Virus record (IMG/VR): IMGVR_UViG_3300047557_003487
Location: 23-64,022 of that record
From: a virus
Lineage: Duplodnaviria; Caudoviricetes
DNA: 64,000 nucleotides
Direction: 5' to 3' (one strand)
Shown: positions 58,432 to 64,000 of the stretch, in pieces
How positions within the stretch are numbered: position 1 is the stretch's first letter
Layout of the letters: the number at the start of each line of letters is the position of its first letter
Position numbers and translations under genes: made by a program
The notes under the pieces: model-generated
What the model was told of the DNA's origin: nothing
The model's database searches: none
The model's input: only the letters and a program-made list of their open reading frames with translations

Positions 58432-60570
58432 ATGGCATTATTTGATTATAATTTATCGGTTAGTGGTGATTGCCAAGGAACGGGAATAGGTGCCTACCAA
58501 ATTTCATTTTCAGGTGCAGTTCCTCCATATACAATACAATTTATTAGTCCATCTTACCCAAGTGTGAACGTTGGTGAAAATGTACCTTATACTAAAACAG
58601 GATTATTTTCACAAATAATTGAATTAACAGTAAATGATAGTACTCTACCCACAAACCAAAGTTTCAATATTAATATACCAATATCAAGCGGACTTTGTTG
58701 TAGTGTTGTTGCGGTGGATAACACAACATGTGGGTTGAATAATGGTTCAGTCACTGGGACATCGACCACAGTCTACTCATCCGCAGATTACTTTGTTTAT
58801 TCAGGTGACGGAACATTTATTAATTCTGCATCGACAAACCAATCAACTGTAATATTCACAAATTTAACCGCAGGAACTTACTATCTCACGGTTGAAGATT
58901 TAGGTGGGTGTTCAGGTTCTAGCCAAACATTCATAGTAGAACAATCTACAGTAACAAACTATGGTTTGTATTCGGTTCCTAACTCAAGTTGTGGTGGAAC
59001 CCCGATTGGTAAAATTATGATTACAGGATTGACTGGTCAACAACCTTTCACTTATCTGTGGTCAAATGGACAGACAGGACAAACTGCAACAGGATTAACC
59101 GCAGCTGACTACTCAGTTCAAGTTACTGATGGATTCGGATGTATTACATCAAAAGAAGCAACAGTCGTTAATGTTGACCCAATGGGTGCATTCTTCACAG
59201 CTGTTACAAACCCCACTTGTTTCCAAAGTGATGGAGCTATAAAGTTAACTTTAACAGGGGGAAGTGCACCATACTATTATTCCGCGTCAACGGGTGCGGT
59301 TTTGGTGTCCTATGCTCAAGAATTTAGTATCTCAGGACTTTCGGCTGGTGATTATCAATTTATGGTAACCGACGCAGCTCTTTGCCAAATCATTACAGGT
59401 ACTACTTTATCTCAACCAAACGGGATGAGTTCAGTTAGTATTGTTGGAACAAACTCATTTTGTTCAACAAGTGATGGTGAAATAACCGTAACAGTTCTCG
59501 GAGGTCAAGCTCCTTACACGTATACCGTTATCAATGAACTTGGAGACCAAGACGTTATTGTTGGTAATCAGCAGATTCAAGTTTTTTCAAACCTTTCCGC
59601 AGGAACTTATTCTGTTTTCGTTGAGGACTCAACAGGATGTGTTTTTGCTAAAGAAATATATATTGTCGCAACTGATAAATTCACAATAAGTACTGATGTT
59701 ACAGGCACAACTTGTAACCAAAACAATGGTAGTGTTTACATAACAACATCTACAGGTTTTACCCTTCCTTTGGATTTCTCCGTTGATGGAATCCAAAACG
59801 TGATTGATACAAACATGACCGCGGTCACTTTCAATAACCTTTCATCAGGTAATCATGTAGTTACAGTAACCGATGCTACAGGATGTGCACAAAAACAAAC
59901 AATTTTTGTACCCAAAGGAGACTCATTGGACTTCAGTCTATATAGTGTGAACTGTGGAAGTGGAGATAGTGGTCAAATTACAGCTTTCATCACATCAGGT
60001 ACTCCACCATTTACCTTCAATTGGTCTAACAACGTTCCATCAAATCCACAACAAATACAAGTATCATCCTTAACTGCTGGAACTTATTCACTTTCTATTG
60101 TCGATAGTGTTGGATGTTCACTAAGTAGGTCAACCACAATCACATGTAATACAAACTATACATCTTATCAATGTTATGTGATGGGACAAGAGGTCTTCAA
60201 TATCCAATCACCGTCCAAATTTGGTTTACTTCAGATGTTAAATGAAGGATATGTAGATTTAAGTTCAGGAAATACAAATTGTACTTTAATATCGGCGATA
60301 TTCACCGCTAAGGTATCTGCACAGCCTATCGGATTGAACGCTCAAAACACATTCTTTACCGCAACGACCCTTAACAACCCACCATCCGACAACTTATGGT
60401 ATGATACTATCAAACAATTACTATTATCAATACCTGGTATATTGAGTGTAACAATTGACCAACTAAATAATCAGATAACAATCGCAACAAACCCAGCAAG
60501 TAATTCACTTGATGGTCAAGAAATTATTGTTGAACTTGCTATCGAGTATGATATAATGTGTTTAACATAA
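58432..60570 (+). CDS. SprB-repeat-containing Cys-rich structural/adhesin protein
   Basis: Repeated units such as C...DG.I..T..GG..PYTY...LSAGTYSV.V.D..GC (about 6 copies). Confidence 0.8.
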   Translation: MALFDYNLSVSGDCQGTGIGAYQISFSGAVPPYTIQFISPSYPSVNVGENVPYTKTGLFSQIIELTVNDSTLPTNQSFNINIPISSGLCCSVVAVDNTTCGLNNGSVTGTSTTVYSSADYFVYSGDGTFINSASTNQSTVIFTNLTAGTYYLTVEDLGGCSGSSQTFIVEQSTVTNYGLYSVPNSSCGGTPIGKIMITGLTGQQPFTYLWSNGQTGQTATGLTAADYSVQVTDGFGCITSKEATVVNVDPMGAFFTAVTNPTCFQSDGAIKLTLTGGSAPYYYSASTGAVLVSYAQEFSISGLSAGDYQFMVTDAALCQIITGTTLSQPNGMSSVSIVGTNSFCSTSDGEITVTVLGGQAPYTYTVINELGDQDVIVGNQQIQVFSNLSAGTYSVFVEDSTGCVFAKEIYIVATDKFTISTDVTGTTCNQNNGSVYITTSTGFTLPLDFSVDGIQNVIDTNMTAVTFNNLSSGNHVVTVTDATGCAQKQTIFVPKGDSLDFSLYSVNCGSGDSGQITAFITSGTPPFTFNWSNNVPSNPQQIQVSSLTAGTYSLSIVDSVGCSLSRSTTITCNTNYTSYQCYVMGQEVFNIQSPSKFGLLQMLNEGYVDLSSGNTNCTLISAIFTAKVSAQPIGLNAQNTFFTATTLNNPPSDNLWYDTIKQLLLSIPGILSVTIDQLNNQITIATNPASNSLDGQEIIVELAIEYDIMCLT

Positions 60571-60938
60571 TGGTACAAGTAAGACTTACAGAAATAAGTG
60601 GGGGTACTTACCCCATCAGTGTTTACCTATCAGACATATACGGTAACAACCAAACTTTGCTTGGAACCATATCAATTGGTTCAACAGTACCCCCTACAAT
60701 TTATTTCAACACCGTAATCCCTTCAATATTTCAGACAGCACCTGAAATAATGTTGAAATTGGTTGATGCCAATGGTTGTGAAGCCATCAAAATATTGGAT
60801 TGTACCTTTGGTTGTACATTCAATATCACAATTGAATTGGCGAGTTGTAATGTTAACATTGATATTCAAAATTCGGATTGTGCAATTTCTTTAGATATTA
60901 CTGACCCAAGTTGTGGTTATACTATTTCAGTAAGTTAA
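60570..60938 (+). CDS. small Cys-rich protein with partial SprB-like motif
   Basis: ISGGTYP...VDANGC followed by periodic Cys; ATG overlaps the upstream TAA. Confidence 0.6.
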   Translation: MVQVRLTEISGGTYPISVYLSDIYGNNQTLLGTISIGSTVPPTIYFNTVIPSIFQTAPEIMLKLVDANGCEAIKILDCTFGCTFNITIELASCNVNIDIQNSDCAISLDITDPSCGYTISVS

Positions 60939-61013
60939 AAAAAAGAATCAATAATTTTTTCTTAACTCAATTCAATTGCTCATTCGTGGTATTTATAAAA
61001 TAAAAAACCGCGG

Positions 61014-62606
61014 ATGTCCACTTTATATTCAGTTTTCGTTGTAAATAATGCCTCAGGTTGCAATACTGAAATTGAACAACAACTCACAGTCACAGGTTGT
61101 ACGACTTATATCATTAGATTATCTCAGAATTCTAACGCTTTAGGTCCTTTTGATGTTTTTTATAGTTTATATCCGACTCCTTTATCTGGTGCCACTTTAG
61201 TAGCTTCTGCACAAACAAGAACTCAAATGTTCAACGGAGTTGTACTCGAATTGGAATGTACAACACCAACTCCTACACCAACAGTAACACCACAAACACC
61301 AACCCCAACTCCGACTCCGACCACAACTACAACACTTACAGCTACGCCTTCTCAAACACCAACTGAAACACCTGCATTAACTGCAACTCCGACCGAAACA
61401 CCAACAAGCACTCCATCAGAAACACCAACTGAAACACCAACAAGTACTCCAACTAATACTCAAACGCCAACTACGACCACAACACCTGGTCTTACACCTA
61501 CTGCAACTCCGCAAGAAACTCCTTCATCGACACCAGCAGTTACTGCGACACAAACACCAACAACAACTCAAACACCTTCTCCAACAGTTGGAACAGTAAC
61601 AATCGTAATAACGGGTTCATATTCTTCAGGTTCAATCCAAGCAGGGTATTCGGCGGTATCTAACACTGCTTTAGATGTTGATACTGAAATTAGTTTTGTA
61701 AACACCCTTGAAACATTCTCAGGTAGTCCATACGTGATAAGTGGTTCTGTTTCAATTCTTTCAGGACAGACAACAGGATTCAGTAATTACATAATACCTG
61801 GAGATTACGCAGATTTAAGTGATGTGAGTTCTTTCTCAGGTATTTCACAAACATTTACAGGAAGCTCGACTTATACATACGTGATTCAAACTACATCTGA
61901 GTTTGATGTTACACCTACACCAACTCCAAGTATAACGGCTTCACCTACCGCGACTCCTAATGCAAGTCCAGCGGAGACTCCTACACCTACCGCAACACCA
62001 ACAACTACTACCACATTAACTGCAACTGAAACACCTACGCCAACTCAAACTCAAACGCCAACAACTACTACCACATTAACTGCAACTGAAACACCTACGC
62101 CAACCCAAACTCCAACTCCTGAACCAACGCCGACAACGACACCAACCGCATCGAGAAATTATTGGGAATATACGTTTGGATATGACGCGACAGTAGCACT
62201 TAATGCATGTTCGAACTACTCTTCTTCTCCAACAACATATTATGGAGCACCTGGTGACGGACCTGGACCAAACATTGGAGAGGTTCTTTACTCTGACTCT
62301 GCTCTTACAACACCTGTTCCTAATGGATATTACTCAAACGGAGTGGCTTGGTATCAAGTAACAGGAGGGGCTGGTGTGGTAACAAGCCAAGACCCTAACG
62401 GATGTCTTTTATCTCCAACACCAACACCTACAGAGACAGCAACACCAACACCATCGGTAACTGAAACACCAACAGGAACACCTTCGGTGACTTCAACACC
62501 AACACCTTCACCAACGTCAGATTTGGTAATTTATATCATAACACAAGATGGTATTGAATTGATTACACAAGACGGTATAAACATTATCAGCCAACAATCG
62601 CCTTGA
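61014..62606 (+). CDS. Thr/Pro-rich mucin-like virion surface protein
   Basis: Three (TP)n/TPTET linkers separate small globular domains; C-terminal ITQDG repeat. Confidence 0.7.
   Translation: MSTLYSVFVVNNASGCNTEIEQQLTVTGCTTYIIRLSQNSNALGPFDVFYSLYPTPLSGATLVASAQTRTQMFNGVVLELECTTPTPTPTVTPQTPTPTPTPTTTTTLTATPSQTPTETPALTATPTETPTSTPSETPTETPTSTPTNTQTPTTTTTPGLTPTATPQETPSSTPAVTATQTPTTTQTPSPTVGTVTIVITGSYSSGSIQAGYSAVSNTALDVDTEISFVNTLETFSGSPYVISGSVSILSGQTTGFSNYIIPGDYADLSDVSSFSGISQTFTGSSTYTYVIQTTSEFDVTPTPTPSITASPTATPNASPAETPTPTATPTTTTTLTATETPTPTQTQTPTTTTTLTATETPTPTQTPTPEPTPTTTPTASRNYWEYTFGYDATVALNACSNYSSSPTTYYGAPGDGPGPNIGEVLYSDSALTTPVPNGYYSNGVAWYQVTGGAGVVTSQDPNGCLLSPTPTPTETATPTPSVTETPTGTPSVTSTPTPSPTSDLVIYIITQDGIELITQDGINIISQQSP
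61998..62112 (+). repeat. 60-bp in-frame tandem duplication
   Basis: ccaacaactactaccacattaactgcaactgaaacacctacgccaac occurs at 61998 and 62058. Confidence 0.85.
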
Positions 62607-62652
62607 TAATAAAAAAATTATAAAAATCAATAGAATTAAATATTTATAAGCT

Positions 62653-64000
62653 ATGGCAACAACAAGAATAACGGATTTACCTATAGTACTATCGGCAGCC
62701 CCCGACGATAGATTATATATAGTAACAGACTATACTGGGGGAACATCAGGAACCTCGGGGCAAATTGCGTTTTCCGCCTTAACAGCTAGTATCACAGGGG
62801 GGACTTCTGGTACTAGTGGTTCATCTGGCACAGACGGAACTTCAGGAACTGATGGTACTTCAGGTATTAATGGTACAAGTGGTACAGATGGTACTTCGGG
62901 TGTTAATGGCACATCGGGAACAGATGGTACTTCGGGTACTGATGGTTCATCAGGAACAGATGGTACTTCAGGTATTAATGGTACAAGCGGAACAGACGGA
63001 ACTTCAGGAACTGATGGTACTTCAGGAATAAATGGTACAAGTGGTACAGACGGTACTTCAGGTACAAGTGGTTCTTCAGGAACGGACGGAAGTTCAGGAA
63101 CTGATGGGTCTTCTGGAACTTCAGGAATTAGTGGAGTTAATGGCACAGATGGTTCTTCAGGAACATCTGGTTCAAGTGGAACCGATGGTACTTCAGGTAT
63201 AAACGGAACCTCAGGAACAGACGGTACTTCAGGAGTTAACGGTACTAGTGGTACGGACGGTACTTCAGGAGTTAACGGTACTAGTGGTACGGATGGTACT
63301 TCAGGTATAAATGGTACAAGCGGTACAGACGGTACAAGTGGTACGGATGGTTCATCAGGAATAAGTGGTACTTCAGGTACAGATGGTACAAGCGGTACGG
63401 ATGGTAGTTCAGGTATCAATGGAACAAGTGGTACAGATGGTTCATCAGGTATAAGTGGTACTTCAGGTACAGACGGCTCTTCGGGAACAAGTGGTACTTC
63501 AGGTACAGATGGCTCTAGTGGGACATCAGGTATTAGTGGTCAAGGATTAACTTGGGAAGGGACATGGAGTATTGCAACAGGTTACCAAGCGTATGATATT
63601 GTAGAATTTAATGGTAGTTCATATATTGCTATATCAAATAACGTAGCAACTCAACCTGATTTGTTTCCAGCGGTTTGGGGTTTAGTTGCTCAAGCAGGGA
63701 CTAGTGGAACAGATGGTTCTTCAGGAACAAGTGGTACATCAGGTACAGATGGCTCTTCAGGCACATCAGGAACTAGTGGAACAGATGGTTCTTCAGGAAC
63801 AAGTGGAACATCAGGTACAGACGGTTCTTCAGGAACAAGTGGAACATCAGGTACAGATGGCTCTTCAGGCACATCAGGAACTAGTGGAACAGATGGTTCT
63901 TCAGGAACAAGTGGAACATCAGGTACAGATGGCTCTTCAGGCACATCAGGAACTAGTGGAACATCAGGTACAGACGGTTCTTCAGGAACAAGTGGAACAT
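62653..64000 (+). CDS. Gly-X-Y Ser/Thr-rich repeat fibre protein (3' partial; absent from ORF track)
   Basis: ATG 62653 after TATTTAT; reads MATTRITDLPIVLSAAPDDRLYIV, then GTS/GTD/GSS/GIN triplets; no stop before the window end. Confidence 0.85.
   Translation, partial: MATTRITDLPIVLSAAPDDRLYIVTDYTGGTSGTSGQIAFSALTASITGGTSGTSGSSGTDGTSGTDGTSGINGTSGTDGTSGVNGTSGTDGTSGTDGSSGTDGTSGINGTSGTDGTSGTDGTSGINGTSGTDGTSGTSGSSGTDGSSGTDGSSGTSGISGVNGTDGSSGTSGSSGTDGTSGINGTSGTDGTSGVNGTSGTDGTSGVNGTSGTDGTSGINGTSGTDGTSGTDGSSGISGTSGTDGTSGTDGSSGINGTSGTDGSSGISGTSGTDGSSGTSGTSGTDGSSGTSGISGQGLTWEGTWSIATGYQAYDIVEFNGSSYIAISNNVATQPDLFPAVWGLVAQAGTSGTDGSSGTSGTSGTDGSSGTSGTSGTDGSSGTSGTSGTDGSSGTSGTSGTDGSSGTSGTSGTDGSSGTSGTSGTDGSSGTSGTSGTSGTDGSSGTSGT
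62800..64000 (+). repeat. 9-bp period coding tandem repeat, with 36-bp higher-order units after about 63697
   Basis: ggt act tca / ggt aca gat / ggt tct tca units; interrupted by a non-repetitive domain at 63541-63696. Confidence 0.9.

Noticed and set aside
458-58769. Many 60-126 aa ORFs nested in or antisense to long genes
   Set aside because: Fully overlapped by well-supported genes and lacking motifs or upstream signals; treated as spurious.
62730-63944. Minus-strand ORFs 62730-63419 and 63690-63944 encoding (PxV)n repeats
   Set aside because: Antisense shadows of the plus-strand Gly-X-Y gene, which has a proper ATG, upstream motif and non-repetitive domains.
62800-64000. Possible CRISPR array or non-coding satellite
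   Set aside because: No unique spacers; 9-bp periodicity with third-position variation shows protein-coding repeats.
1-64000. Stop-codon reassignment as seen in some large phages
   Set aside because: Standard-code ORFs are full length and tightly packed, and TAA, TAG and TGA all serve as stops.

Overview
Gene-dense, AT-rich 64 kb segment of a large contractile-tailed (myovirus-like, probably jumbo) bacteriophage genome that uses the standard genetic code. Left to right: a four-gene glycosyltransferase cluster; family B DNA polymerase; an inverted block (neck protein, Mn/Fe-superoxide dismutase fused to a nuclease-like domain, SNF2 helicase, SET-domain methyltransferase); neck and tail genes (sheath, HAD phosphatase, tube, chaperone pair with a likely +1 frameshift, tape measure, very large baseplate proteins); a replication block (SSB, RecA-like, 5'-3' exonuclease, DnaB-like helicase, class II RNR); more baseplate genes; and a surface/fibre cluster (SprB-repeat protein, Thr/Pro mucin-like protein, Gly-X-Y Ser/Thr repeat protein running off the window). 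A sense-strand TATTTAT motif precedes at least 16 genes on both strands. Absence of Shine-Dalgarno sites, SprB repeats and promoter shape suggest a Bacteroidota host (inference). Best leads: a virion glycosylation system, the SOD-nuclease fusion with protease-like linkers, a coupled SET-SNF2 pair, the TTT_TTT_CGT frameshift, an unannotated RHH regulator with tandem operator, and a structured polB leader. All calls are from motif reading by eye; no database searches were run.
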